From the NCBI GenBank assembly GCA_965644495.1, contig CBFFSA010000004.1, forward strand, positions 248,001-312,000: DNA of 64,000 bases. The letters are read 5' to 3'. Shown piece after piece: positions 1 through 11,699 of this stretch. Under the pieces are notes generated by a model. It was not told where the DNA came from, made no database searches, and saw nothing but the letters and a program-made list of their open reading frames with translations. This DNA comes from Perkinsela sp. CCAP 1560/9 (Eukaryota > Protista > Euglenozoa: Kinetoplastea). The first letter of the stretch is position 1; each line of letters starts with the position of its first letter. The translations under genes and the position numbers were made by a program.

Positions 1-84
1 AACAAACAGGTGTATACATGTATATGTAGCTTTCTAAGACAACCTGTCAATGCGGGTCGGTGCGGGTAACTGGCTCGCAGACCC

Positions 85-116
85 GGGTAATTACCCATTT
101 ACCCGACAGGGGTATG
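85..116. mobile_element. Right terminal inverted repeat of a hAT-like (CATACCC-ended) DNA transposon that extends off the window
   Basis: GGGTAATTACCCATTTACCCGACAGGGGTATG is nearly identical to the right TIR ending at 60021. Confidence 0.8.
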
Positions 117-523
117 ACAAGATACCCGTGCTTGGACAGTGGAATCTCCTCCTAAAATGGCCTATTTTTTTAGTAAAAAAGCGAAAAAGTAGTTTTCGAG
201 CTGTACGGCTGAAGTCGCATTCTCTCTGGTGCGGAGTTATGTGGCCCTGATCATAACACATAAATGGGTGCCCCCATAGTTATATGTCACGACTATTCGA
301 GAAAAGATGACTTTGCTAAATATAAAAGGTGACATTGCTAACTAAAATACAGTAGTTACACAGATTGCTGCGCATCTTGTTACACAGACTGTATCAAGAA
401 AGTGCATCGTCGAAGTCGTGTAGTCAGCGCGTGGTGCTTTCTGATAACTAGTAGTTGTACAGACATTGTCAAGAAGACGGTTCTACAGCTCTGTCGAAGT
501 GTTCTTTGCCGAGGAATGAAATT

Positions 524-1215
524 CTACAAGGAAGAAGTACGACTTTTTTTTCCGGTTTAGGTATGATACAGGTGTCCACGAGTGAAAAGGACCTCGGATT
601 CGGAACGAATGGGTCGAAAAACAGTCGCATACAAAATATTTCCAAAATCGAACAAAATACAAGACCTGTAGGGGGGGGGTAAAAGAGGCTGAACACTACT
701 GTATATGAAATATTCAATGACAAACACTCAGTCGTAACATTTCCCTCCAATTGCTCATTGTTGTGCAGCGTTAAGTCGGTCAATTTAACTGGAATTCGAT
801 CAAAATACACGTGACCACTGAATTCATTATTATCAAGCCTGAGCTCTTGCAGAGCGGAGGGTAAATGCCTTAGATCGGGTGTTCCCGTGAACGCATTATA
901 AGCAAGATTTACCGAATACAGAGTGGATGGTAAGTTTGAGAGGTTTGCTGCGCCACTAAACTGGTTGTGACACAGACTTATTTGTTCCATTGTCAATGGA
1001 AGCTTATGTAGATCAACACTAGCCTCAAAACAATTGTTTTCCAACCACAGTTCTGTCAAGCCCTCTGGAAGATGTTGTAAATTAACGGGACCAGATAGTC
1101 TATTGTACGCCACCGCAACAATGGAGGAAGATACTGGCAAGCAGGCCAAATCTATACTTCCTTGGAAGTGATTTTCGCTGAAATACATTTCATACAGGGA
1201 ATGAGGTAATTTTTC
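524..1215 (-). pseudogene. 5'-truncated LRR gene copy with an insertion near its 3' end
   Basis: Near-identical to 5815-6364. It breaks at ~1215 into the 3' UTR of the next copy. Foreign sequence at ~545-701 ends in CACTACTG|TA (Tc1-type end). Confidence 0.8.
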
Positions 1216-1360
1216 TTCACTTCACTGTATCACGAAAGTGCATCATCGAAGTCTGTGTAGTCAGCGCGTGGTGCTTTCTGATAACTAAGAGTTGTACAGA
1301 CACTGTCAAGAAGACGGTTCTACAGCTCTGTCGAGGTGTTCTTTGCCGAGGAATGAAATT

Positions 1361-2311
1361 CTACAAGGAAGAAGTACAAATTTTTGTGTTCCTTTTATAT
1401 GAAATATTCAATGACAAACACTCAGGCGTAACGTTTCCCTCCAATTGTTTATTGTCGTGCAGCGTTAAGTCGGCCAATTCCTCTGGAATTCGATCTAAAT
1501 ACACGTGACCACTGAATTCATTATTATCAAGCCTGAGTTCTTGCAGAGCGGAGGGTAAATGCCTTAGATCGGGTGTTCCCGTGAACGCATTATAAGCAAG
1601 ATTTACCGAATACAGAGTGGATGGCAAGTTTGAGAGGTTTGCTGCGCCACTAAACTGGTTGTGACACAGACTTATTTGTTCCAATTTCAATGGGAGCTTA
1701 TCTAGATCAACACTACCCTCAAAATTATTGTTTCCCAACCACAGTTCTGTCAAGCCCTCTGGAAGATGTTGTAAATTAACGGGACCAGAAAGTTCATTCT
1801 GTTCCGCAACAAAAATTATAGAACATGCTGGAAAGCAGGTCAAATCTATACTTCCTTTAAAGTTATTCCAGCTGAAATACATTTCTTCCATGGATTGGGG
1901 TAGGCTCTGTAAATTCAGAGCTCCGAAAAAATTGTTTCTTTGAATATCAAGCATTTGAAGTTGAGGAGGAAGGCCTTCAAAACTGACCTGCCCATCGAAT
2001 TCACAACTTGAACAGTCGAAAGTAAGTAGGGAGTCCGGTAAATACTTCCAATGAATAGTTCCCTCTAAATTGGAACCCCGCCAAAAGATATCAATAACTT
2101 GCCCTTTATCATCACATGTGATTCGTTCCCACTCGCATGCCGGGGTCGTTACTTCCCATGATGGAAGTGGGCGTTTGATGCTTGACGTGAGTCGTACAAG
2201 TCCGTATTCTTGAGGTAACGTCGTCGTGTGTACTTTATTTGCGACGATTCCCTTCTTTCGCCGCTTTGGTGCGGGAGGTGTAATATCAGACAGCTGTGAG
2301 GGTAAAATCAT
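1361..2311 (-). CDS. Leucine-rich repeat protein (LxxLPxxLxxLxLxxNxFxG family)
   Basis: About 8 LRR units of ~24 aa plus an N-cap SW..ACEW..I.C. First ATG is at 2311 (the ORF track used an upstream TTG). Confidence 0.9.
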   Translation of the reverse strand: MILPSQLSDITPPAPKRRKKGIVANKVHTTTLPQEYGLVRLTSSIKRPLPSWEVTTPACEWERITCDDKGQVIDIFWRGSNLEGTIHWKYLPDSLLTFDCSSCEFDGQVSFEGLPPQLQMLDIQRNNFFGALNLQSLPQSMEEMYFSWNNFKGSIDLTCFPACSIIFVAEQNELSGPVNLQHLPEGLTELWLGNNNFEGSVDLDKLPLKLEQISLCHNQFSGAANLSNLPSTLYSVNLAYNAFTGTPDLRHLPSALQELRLDNNEFSGHVYLDRIPEELADLTLHDNKQLEGNVTPECLSLNISYKRNTKICTSSL

Positions 2312-2762
2312 TATCAACGCGTAAGGCAAAGAGAAGGAAAAATGTAAAATTAAAATAATCTTAACGCTGTGGTTGGTTGCTTGTAACTCATCATTTCCTT
2401 AAATCTTGATCTTAGTTAGGATTAAACAGGAAAAAAAGAAACTCCCCACGACGAATAAGTCACCCCCCTCTTTTTTTGTACAACGAGGCTTAGGGGGGTT
2501 GCGGCACTTCTTTTTCGTTCAAAATTTTGAGATCTGCACGTTCCCGCTGTTTTTAGACCTTTTCACAAATAAAAAATTAAAACACTTTTTTTTAATGAAG
2601 TGTGCCAATGTTACCCTGAAGTCATGCTAATGTTACCCGAAAAATCTCATGTTCCTCAGAACTCGACCTCGGGGGGGGAGAAGGGGGTCAACATGAAAAT
2701 GGCGTCACAGATCTTCGCTAGGGGAACGAGATCTCTCGATTGCAACAAAAATGAGCAAAAAT

Positions 2763-4410
2763 GGCGAAACTGAAGCAAATTTCGTTTTTTTTCAGTTTTT
2801 GTCCATCAAATTCTCTGATCGTAGAAAATACTTCTCCAGAGATCGTACTCATATTTTCTTGAGTTTTTCGCTTCTTTTCGTCATTTTCAGTTACTTGGTC
2901 TATCTTTCCATGCCTTGCACGGGGTGTGTTGGGTTTGCTTGTCGGTGAAAGCTGACAATAAGTAAGATTGCAACTTGGACTGAAAGCCAGTCCGCAGTGC
3001 GTGGAGTGGCTACAAAATCATAAGTTGGTGGCACAAAAGGTCATACATTGGTCATATATTGTATGTTGCAAGCGAAATCACACGAGTGACCACACTATGT
3101 AAATGAATGGTGAAAAATGGAAGTGCACGAAGTCTTGCAAAGGGATATATGAGAAGACGGGTCCACTGTTGCCGGACAGGGCGCAGCGAAGCACTAAACA
3201 AACACTGAAGTACATTGTACTTTACGTTCGGGGAAATAGACATGAGGTGTCTGTTGCAGAGACGGAGCTCAGTGAGAAAACAATTATATCACTACGCCAG
3301 TGGATTGATTCCATCATGGCAACTTGTCATGTGCGTCGACGCGCCCGACAAAGAGAGAGCGTCCACTCGATGCAGTGTGATGAAACTTTTTTCTCGGTTC
3401 GGAAACGTCACCGAGGTAGTCACGGTGCGAGGCGCGTGCGCGCAGAAGGTACGCAAGTACAGTGCGCCCAGATAGTAAAGTTTTTTTTAGTAGTTACCAC
3501 CGATTTACTAAAAAAACTTAACTATTACTATTAACTAGAACTACTAAAAAAACTTTACTATTTAGGAAAACCGTTTTTTGGGACTTTACTAACTGGGCAA
3601 TCAATTGTCGTTGAAGCACAGAGAAAAACCTTTCTCTGTTTTTCAAACCTTGTTTTCGCTTTTCGAGACATGCCCAACGTCTCCCTTCGTCGTTTTTCGT
3701 CTTTTTCAATGGAACACTTTCCAACGCAAGTTGTATGCGAATGTCCGTTGTCAAAATTTACAAAAAAGAGAAAAACTCTAAAAAAAGGTAGCTACTAAAA
3801 AAACTTTACTATTTGGGAAAACCGTTTTTTGGGACTTTACTAACTGGGCGCACTGTAGCCCAAACGGTTGCGGTGACGACTCGAAACAACAAGTTATCCG
3901 AAATTTTAATGCAAGTAGTACCAGATCGCACTTCCGGTTCTCTTGTCCCCGGAATTACAGAACTAGCCGCAGGAGAACGTACCAGAATTTGGACAGATGG
4001 CGCTTGTCACAATGTTTGTCTCGGGGAGAACTACAAGTGGGAAAGCGTAAACCACCGTCGACAGTGGGTCACAGAGGGAGGTGTGCACACAAACACTGTG
4101 GAGTGTGCGAACTCAATCCTCAAGAAGCGTTCAAAGCGTGATGGTGGTGTGTTGGGTCGGAAAGTCGCCCGGAGAGAAGATCGGGTGCAGGCCTACGCAG
4201 AGAAGGGAAGCGGAAGTTTGAAGTGTAATGGGGGGGATGCTTTGTTGCGCGTGCTTGAAAATTAGAAGAGCATTGCGCTTGCGTGCATGTATAGTGTCCG
4301 CTTTTTAAGCCTAACGTTATTAGTTTAAGTTTTTCAACATTTTTTGAGCAATTTTTAAACAGATTTATGAAAAAAACGAAAAAAAAAACGAATTTTGCTT
4401 CAGTTTAACC
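2763..4410 (+). mobile_element. Merlin/IS1595-family DNA transposon, defective
   Basis: TIRs GGCGAAACTGAAGCAAATTTCG / CGAATTTTGCTTCAGTTTAACC. 8-bp TSD GCAAAAAT/GCAAAAAC. Motifs QCDETFF..RK, WTDG, VNH, VHTNTVE in ORFs 3103-3459 and 3858-4265. Confidence 0.9.
3460..3855. mobile_element. Tc1/mariner-type MITE inside the Merlin transposase
   Basis: TA|CAGTGCGCCCAG...CTGGGCGCACTG|TA. Removing it restores the frame TQV-AQTV. Confidence 0.9.
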
Positions 4411-5814
4411 GCAAAAACAGATAACAAACATTCAATTTCTCAGGTGGTGGAATATTTGTCTTTTATTGGTTCTTTCTTGAAATGGTGAAATTCTTTTTTT
4501 CAGCTTTCCCTATTACTTTTTGCTTGAAGGGGCCTAAGGGGGTTAAGATATCACTTTCCCATTCAAAATTCTGAGATCTGCACGTTCCCGTCATTTTTAA
4601 ATCAGTTAAAAAAATGAAAACAAAAACATAATTTTTGTTTCATTTTTTTGCATCGTCAAACCACACAATTTTGAGCAAACAAACACTCCGCGGCCAGGGG
4701 GCACAAGTGGGTCAATATTAAAAAAATGGCGGAAAAGCTATTTGCTAGGAGAACGAGATCTCTCCTTCGCAACGAAAATCAGCAAAAACAGATAAAAATA
4801 ATTGAATTTCTCATGGGAGGAAAAGATTTGAATACTTAAAATGTGAGAAATTGGTCTCTTGAAAGGTGTAAAGAAAGTGATAATACATCTATCGGATGCA
4901 CGCATTTGAGAATTTTGTCTCCATGCTTTAACGCGCAAAGTCCTTGTCCCGGGATCTGCAAAATGCAACAAGAATGAGCTCAAACGGACACTTGGCTGAA
5001 AAGTTCGAGGGGGGTGACTTTTCGCTGTGGGGGGTTTATAAATATTATTTAAAAATACTTGTATTTCTTATGCGGGCAGTAAATGTGAACGGGGGTGTAG
5101 GTGGAATTCAGCGAATTTTTCTCCAAAAAATAGAAGATTTTTTTATGTTCACATTTCGTATTTTTCAAGATTTTCGCATTTTTTTTACCAGAAAACTTTA
5201 TTTCGTAAACCGATTGATCATCCAGAAGCTGGTCTAAGCCGCCTTCTGAATGGAAAACTCATGTATGATGCCCCACAGGTTGCACAGACTGAGGTTTCTG
5301 ACCCCGAGAATTACAACATCAGTTGCAACCCACGTGGGAAAGGAAACCACTGGTCTGATATCTGTGGGTGGGTTCTTCGACTACGATACACCGATTATCA
5401 CCATATCAGTCGGAACCCGCGTGGGGGAGGACAATATCCATCCAATCCCTGCTTCAGTGGCAAGAGAGTCTCTTGACGTTCAGAGGGCTCCGCAAAATAA
5501 CACACAAGGAAAACATGCAGATACATGCAGATATCTGCGTAGGGGGGTCGTCAAGGGAACTATCTACAGGCGATCGGGGCCTTAGAAATGGTGAGCAGAA
5601 CTATATTATTTCCACAAAATAAAGGAAAACGAAAATACAGTCGTAACATTAAATACATGGTATCAAGAAAACACTTCACTGTATCACGAAAGTGCATCAT
5701 CGAAGTCTGTGTAGTCAGCGCGTGGTGCTTTCTGATAACTAAGAGTTGTACAGACATTGTCAAGAAGACGGTTCTACAGCTCTGTCGAGGTGTTCTTTGC
5801 CGAGGAATGAAATT

Positions 5815-6765
5815 CTACAAGGAAGAAGTACGAATTTTTGTGTTCCTTTTATATGAAATATTCAATGACAAACACTCAGGCGTAACGTTTCCCTCCAATT
5901 GTTTATTGTCGTGCAACGTTAAGTCGGCCAATTCCTCTGGAATTCGATCTAAATACACGTGACCACTGAATTCATTATTATCAAGCCTGAGTTCTTGCAG
6001 AGCGGAGGGTAAATGCCTTAGATCGGGTGTTCCCGTGAACGCATTATAAGCAAGATTTACCGAATACAGAGTGGATGGCAAGTTTGAGAGGTTTGCTGCG
6101 CCACTAAACTGGTTGTGACACAGACTTATTTGTTCCATTGTCAATGGAAGCTTATCTAGATCAACACTACCCTCAAAATAATTGTTTTCCAACCACAGTT
6201 CTGTCAAGCCCTCTGGAAGATGTTGCAAATTAACGGGACCAGATAGCCTATTGTACGCCACTGCAACAATGGAGGAAGATGCTGGCAAGCAGGCCAAATT
6301 TATACTTCCTTGGAAGCGATTTTCGCTGAAATACATTTCATACAGGGAATGAGGTAATTTTTCTAAATCCAAAGTCCCGGAGAATAGGTTTCTTTGAATA
6401 TCAAGCATTTGAAGTTGAGGAGAAAGGCCTTCAAAACTGACCTGCCCATCGAATTCACAACTTGAACAGTCGAAAGTAAGTAGGGAGTCCGGTAAATACT
6501 TCCAATGAATAGTTCCCTCTAAATTGGAACCCCGCCAAAAGATATCAATAACTTGCCCTTTATCATCACATGTGATTCGTTCCCACTCGCATGCCGGGGT
6601 CGTTACTTCCCATGATGGAAGTGGGCGTTTGATGCTTGACGTGAGTCGTACAAGTCCGTATTCTTGAGGTAACGTCGTCGTGTGTACTTTATTTGCGACG
6701 ATTCCCTTCTTTCGCCGCTTTGGTGCGGGAGGTGTAATATCAGACAGCTGTGAGGGTAAAATCAT
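5815..6765 (-). CDS. Leucine-rich repeat protein, recent paralog of 1361-2311
   Basis: Same LRR architecture and near-identical N- and C-terminal thirds. ATG at 6765. Confidence 0.9.
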   Translation of the reverse strand: MILPSQLSDITPPAPKRRKKGIVANKVHTTTLPQEYGLVRLTSSIKRPLPSWEVTTPACEWERITCDDKGQVIDIFWRGSNLEGTIHWKYLPDSLLTFDCSSCEFDGQVSFEGLSPQLQMLDIQRNLFSGTLDLEKLPHSLYEMYFSENRFQGSINLACLPASSSIVAVAYNRLSGPVNLQHLPEGLTELWLENNYFEGSVDLDKLPLTMEQISLCHNQFSGAANLSNLPSTLYSVNLAYNAFTGTPDLRHLPSALQELRLDNNEFSGHVYLDRIPEELADLTLHDNKQLEGNVTPECLSLNISYKRNTKIRTSSL

Positions 6766-6963
6766 TATCAACGCGTAAACGAACAGAAGGAAAAATGTAA
6801 AATTAGGATACCTAAAATTAGAATAATAACGTTGTGGTTGGTTGTTTGTAACTCATCATTTCCTTAGATCTTGATCTTAGTTAGGATTAAACAGGCAACA
6901 AAAAATATGTGTTGTATTTCTTACCTATAAGAACATTATTCGACGAAATCACAAGTCTCATTC

Positions 6964-7266
6964 TCACTTCATGAGTTCTAAAATTGCGCTCGTCTGTGGC
7001 TTATGATACGGACTAATTAAGTACGACTTTCGAAGTCTGAATCCATAAAGATAACATTCTCTCAAGAGATTTCTCAGCTGCACATCTTGCAGCAAATCAT
7101 TAGACAAAACATAGAGTGCCATGGTGCCCCAAGCGTTCTTTGCGGGCACCTTTAGCAACTCCGTCAGTCCCTCACCCGTATCCAACACTAAAACAACGAT
7201 GTGCCTTTGCTCACGAGATGGGAATTCCATTTCAAATTTCGGCGTAAATCGATTCCGTTCAACAAA
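6964..7266 (-). pseudogene. Duplicated 3' end of the RlmD/TrmA-like gene
   Basis: 6810-7266 is near-identical to 15003-15458. Confidence 0.85.
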
Positions 7267-7715
7267 TTTATTTATCTTTTGTTTACCTTAATTTCCGTTT
7301 CTACGGTATGATGCAAATTAAAATTAATCCGAATTTTCTTTTTTTCCATGAGGTCCACAACACGGTACATAAAAACACGAATTGCGGAACTTTATGATAG
7401 CGGGGTTTCCATGAGTTCCATTTCACAGATCTCGCGCTTTGAGACGAGGGGATCTTTGGACATGGGGGATCCCTGGGGAGGAACTGGGGGAAAAGGGGAG
7501 TGATCCCTACGGTCACATCGCAACTGCGTCAAGAGGGTGTTGCGGATGTCGTTCCACAGCCCATCCGCGTTTCGATGAAAAGTTTCGGGCACAAGGGCAG
7601 GAAGCGCGTCCGAAAGCCATTGGGCACCAGTAGTGTGGTCCGACGAGAACGAGATCTCGCGCTTGAAAGAGATTATTACATACTAGAGATACTACTTCTT
7701 GGAAGGCTAGTTACT

Positions 7716-7979
7716 AATATTATTTACTAATCGTAGTCAACGAACGTATGGAAAATCTCAAGAAATTCAAAGCTCAAGACAAGGAAAGAAGCAGAATACA
7801 TGCGATGTAAATGCTTCATACTCCAACAGTTAGTTAACAAATCAAGAAAATATTATTTACTACTCGTAGTCAACGGATGCATGGAAAATCTCAAAAAATT
7901 CAATGTTCAAGTCAAAGACAGAAGCAGAATACATACAATGTATAATGCTTCATACCCCAACAGTTAGTTAACAAATCAA
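7716..7979. repeat. Two diverged tandem copies of a ~133-bp unit
   Basis: TATTTACTA.TCGTAGTCAACG...CAACAGTTAGTTAACAAATCAA occurs twice. Confidence 0.8.
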
Positions 7980-8185
7980 CCAATAAACCGCCTTAAAATA
8001 ACCTTTAAAATCACTAATTGATTTGGTTTACCACAGCGCGGATGCGCACAGAGGCGAAAGGATGCTTATCCTGAGCGAAAGTTGAGTCGACCTTTTAATT
8101 TTTCTAGAAGTTTATAATTATTAATGAGAGGTGGAGTATAGGCACATTAACGCGGAACGGAAAGTTTAATACATAGTAGCTTAAA

Positions 8186-8797
8186 TTACCTAAAGCAATA
8201 GGGACTGAAGGTTAGAACACAAGAAGGAAGGGATCCAGAAGGAAGAGTTAGTTCCGTATCGTAGATCGTAAGCCGTTGTAGGCCATGAGGAAGTTTCGAA
8301 AAATCAGGTACTCCTTGAATAGGATTGCGGCTAAGGTCGATCTCTATCATTGTTTCTGGCAGAGCGGTAAAATTCACGCTACCTTGTATGTTGTTTCCGT
8401 TGAGATTCAATACGCGAAGCGAAGGAGGAAGATCGCTTACTTCAAGGGATCCACTGATACTCAAATCAGAGAGAATTAATTCTAAGAGACCTCGTGGTAA
8501 TGATGCAAAATCAACGTGCGGAATTTCATCAAAACGAAAAAATCCGGACCTCATATTCAAATGCAACAAAGAGTTCGGTAGAGAAGACCATTGGAACTCA
8601 CCAGAAAGACCAAGGAGACCCCATTCGAGTCTTACGACATTATTTGTTTCGTCACATTTCACACGCTCCCACTCACACGCGGGGGTGTGCGTAGTCCATG
8701 ATTCTAGAGAATTGGGAAACGTTTTAATAAAGAGAGCGAGAGCGTACTTTTGTGGTAATTCTGCACCACGAACTCGATGTGCCACACGGTCTGACAT
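8186..8797 (-). CDS. Short leucine-rich repeat protein
   Basis: N-cap LPQKYAL..F...SW...ACEW..V.C followed by ~5 LP-type LRRs. Paralog of 20348-20956. Confidence 0.9.
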   Translation of the reverse strand: MSDRVAHRVRGAELPQKYALALFIKTFPNSLESWTTHTPACEWERVKCDETNNVVRLEWGLLGLSGEFQWSSLPNSLLHLNMRSGFFRFDEIPHVDFASLPRGLLELILSDLSISGSLEVSDLPPSLRVLNLNGNNIQGSVNFTALPETMIEIDLSRNPIQGVPDFSKLPHGLQRLTIYDTELTLPSGSLPSCVLTFSPYCFR

Positions 8798-9361
8798 GTT
8801 TATGAATCAATGAAAAGTGGAAGTATGCGGAATAAATTTCTAAAAAGTTTTCAAGCATGAAGAAATACTTTGAATAAAGTGTTTTTGTTTCCAAATCTGG
8901 TGAAAGTGAAGCATTATTTCGCATAAGGAACACTTTTTTTTGTAAAATTGTTTATGTGTTCTAAATGTTGCCTTATCATATTTTACGTGCATTGTTAAGT
9001 GTTTTTCTGACATTTCTTTGCGTACAGCTGTACTTTCTCGCAGTGACGCTTGGTGGTGGGGAAGAAGCGCGAGACACTCGGTTGAGGTTCGCCAGAGAAA
9101 TTGTGAAAGGAGGGGAGAACAGGAAGATTATGCCCTCTGTCGCCTGTTTTGGCACCTCAAATGGTATTGCGATATGGTTGACGCCATTCCTGAAGTTGTA
9201 CCCACTGAAAGCACGCTTTCTGAGGGCCGCGCTGCGTTTCTTGATCTGTGCTCCATGAAGCGCATGCGATTAATGATAAAAGAGAAGCTTGTTCAGCTTC
9301 TCCCAGCCGCCATTGCGTTTGTAAAATCCCATGTCAATTACTCCCTTGTTAGAAGAAGCTT

Positions 9362-10306
9362 ATGCAGCGGCTGGAGATGGAGACACGCGGCGCACAAGTG
9401 ATCATCCGCACCGTAACTGCTCTCAAAAGTGGTAACGTTTCTTCGCGTGATGTTTCTCAAGCGGTTCTTGTGGCTTTGCGCGATCAGCTGTGTGTTCACG
9501 AGGGCGCCCTCACTGCCCCTAGTTCTCAATCTGTAGCTCCCCAAGCAGACGACCAGCATAAGGTGGGCCGCCTGCCCAAGAATATGCAAGAGGCTTTTCG
9601 TTCCGTTGTAGGAACACAGGAGGATCCCCGTTGTTCTGAAGCGCTGCATCAGTGTCTTACCCAAACTGGGTTTAGCGCTGCGACTTGGCTCACGCCACGG
9701 GTCAAGGAGGCTGTGCGTAACGCCGTCGGCACCCTCCCAGACTCAGTTTACTATGCAAAGCTGGTCTCCGAATTCCCCCCGGATTCGCGGCTCACCTCCT
9801 TGGATTCAGAAGGAGTTCGTCTTGGAGTTTGGACCCTCCTTTGTAAGCTGGGGGGCGTTCTCCTGTCCTATCAGCTGGCGCACGAAAATGCCCACGTGCC
9901 AGCCGAAACCCTGGTGAAACTAATGCTCGACGACGCATCAGAACGGTCAAACAAGTCGATCGTCTCCTTTCTTGCGGGACACACGCGAGCGCTCAGTATC
10001 ATTACTGGTGCGCAGCAGCAAACAAAGCGAGTCCCCCATCAGTCTTTCTCTGGTCCCCGCCCTCAGTCTTTCGTTCCCCGCCCTCAGTCTTTCGTTCCCC
10101 GCCCTCAGTCTTTCGCCAGTCAAGTTCCACTGAGAGGGATGAGCGTTAAGAAAACCTGGCCTTTTCCAAATGCCCCGGAGGACACGTGTCGGCATTGCGG
10201 AAAGCGGGGGCATCGCATGAGTGAGTGCCGTGTTCCCGAGGCCAGTGTCCTGCGCACTCTCAATCGGGACAAGGGGAAGGTGCGACCCGGAAATAGTCAA
10301 CACTAA
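9362..10306 (+). CDS. Gag/ORF1-like protein with C-terminal CCHC zinc knuckle (probably mobile-element derived)
   Basis: CRHCGKRGHRMSEC fits CX2CX4HX4C. Homologous to 33100-33967. Internal 21-bp repeat x3 (PRPQSFV). The true start may lie upstream across frameshifts. Confidence 0.65.
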   Translation: MQRLEMETRGAQVIIRTVTALKSGNVSSRDVSQAVLVALRDQLCVHEGALTAPSSQSVAPQADDQHKVGRLPKNMQEAFRSVVGTQEDPRCSEALHQCLTQTGFSAATWLTPRVKEAVRNAVGTLPDSVYYAKLVSEFPPDSRLTSLDSEGVRLGVWTLLCKLGGVLLSYQLAHENAHVPAETLVKLMLDDASERSNKSIVSFLAGHTRALSIITGAQQQTKRVPHQSFSGPRPQSFVPRPQSFVPRPQSFASQVPLRGMSVKKTWPFPNAPEDTCRHCGKRGHRMSECRVPEASVLRTLNRDKGKVRPGNSQH

Positions 10307-10646
10307 GCTTACAGACGGCTTTTTATTTTCGACAAAAAGGATGTTTCTTAGTCATTGGCATGCGTTATGATATACGATTTGTATGTTCTTCCTAATTGTT
10401 TCTCAAAGTTTTTAGTTGATTGCAATGTTTATCGCAAACTAGTTGTGTTTTCGTTTCTTGGCGCCTAGTTGTTAAATGAGCAGCGCTTAGTTTTTTTATA
10501 GCTTTATTACATGGACAGTATCTTCGTACGCTTACTATTTTTTAATTCAAGGTACATACTCTTACATGGGTTATCATCAGATTTAGGCACGATTTATTCG
10601 ATACGTTGTTCAATTTATTTATACAACAAGGAGTATTGAAAACATA

Positions 10647-11425
10647 CAGGGGTGCAAATCAGATGCTGGGGGGGGGGTCTAAAATTAGCAATGTCTGCGC
10701 AATTTATTATTTTGGAAAATAATAGCGCATTCGAGAGCTCTCGCAGAGATCTATGTATTTGGATAGGCGGTTTCCCGGGGTGTAAGGGGGTGGTCAACTG
10801 AGAAGCCCAAAAACGTCAAAAAGCAAAAAATGAATGAAAATTTTTGTACGTTCAATAATTACAACTTTCCCCTTTTTTTTCTACTACTATGTCGAAACGC
10901 CGCGGCATGCTGTTTAAAGAGTTTATGAGCATGTCATGACCATCTGTTTTAATGTAATCAACCGCCTTTTCAATAGAACATCCACGGTTTCCTCAAATCG
11001 CTTAACCCACAACTTAACAGTGCTGTCGTGGACGCCTTGTCTTTGGCAAGTGGCACTGTAGGAGTTTGTATTCTCGTAATCTTTAACGAGAAGCATCCTG
11101 TGTGAATATTTTGTGTTCCCCCGGGGTTCATGTGATCTATCAGATAAGCTTTTACTCTTTTGCTTAGAGCGGGATCGCTTTTGCGGCATAATAGTAAGCT
11201 GAAAAACAAAAATAACACGGAAAAAACTGCAAAAATTTAAAAAACTGCAACTTTTAGGGGGATAAAAAACCTTTAAAAAAAGTATCTTTTTCAAATTTGT
11301 TTTCTTTTAACGTGATAATAGCGCCAAAACATAGATCTCTGCGAGAGCTCTCGAATGCGCTATTATTTTCCAAAATTGCGCAAACATTGCTAATTTTAGA
11401 CCCCCCCATCTGATTTGCACCCCTG
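10647..11425 (-). mobile_element. Internally deleted Tc1/IS630-type element with ~110-bp TIRs
   Basis: TA|CAGGGGTGCAAATCAGATG...CATCTGATTTGCACCCCTG|TA. Retains an N-terminal HTH (SATCQRQGVHDSTVKLWVKRFEET). Confidence 0.85.
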
Positions 11426-11600
11426 TATACTGGACTCAAAAATAATGTTCAACAAATAGTTTAGTTTTAAAATCCATATTTAGCAAGAAAAGTCTTCCTA
11501 CGACACAGGAGAAGAAATATTTACAATAAAGATTTTTAAACTAAAGCTTTTTTACCCGAAAAAATAGATTATTCATACTGTTTGGGCAATTTTTCCTTTT

Positions 11601-11699
11601 TAGGCTCTTCGTTAAACGCGGAGGTGGTTTTCAACGCGAAGCGCGCAGCATGAGTGACTTCGAAGTTGAAAATAACCACCGCGTTTAACGAAGAGCCTA
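11601..11699. repeat. ~100-bp near-perfect hairpin, copy 1 of 3
   Basis: TAGGCTCTTCGTTAAACGCGG...CCGCGTTTAACGAAGAGCCTA; other copies at 38511 and 50341. Confidence 0.85.

Larger units (their letters stand above)
2439..5038. mobile_element. Tc1-type non-autonomous element (same family as 21023-21951) interrupted by a Merlin element
   Basis: Colinear with 21023-21951 once 2763-4410 is removed. Right TIR ...CGCTGTGGGGGGTTTA|TA; left TIR is degenerate. Confidence 0.8.

Noticed and set aside
469-700. Novel C-terminal extension of the first LRR ORF
   Set aside because: It is read-through into an inserted element, not a real domain.
3460-3855. MITE insertions acting as introns
   Set aside because: The ends lack GT..AG, and the host transposases have other disabling lesions.
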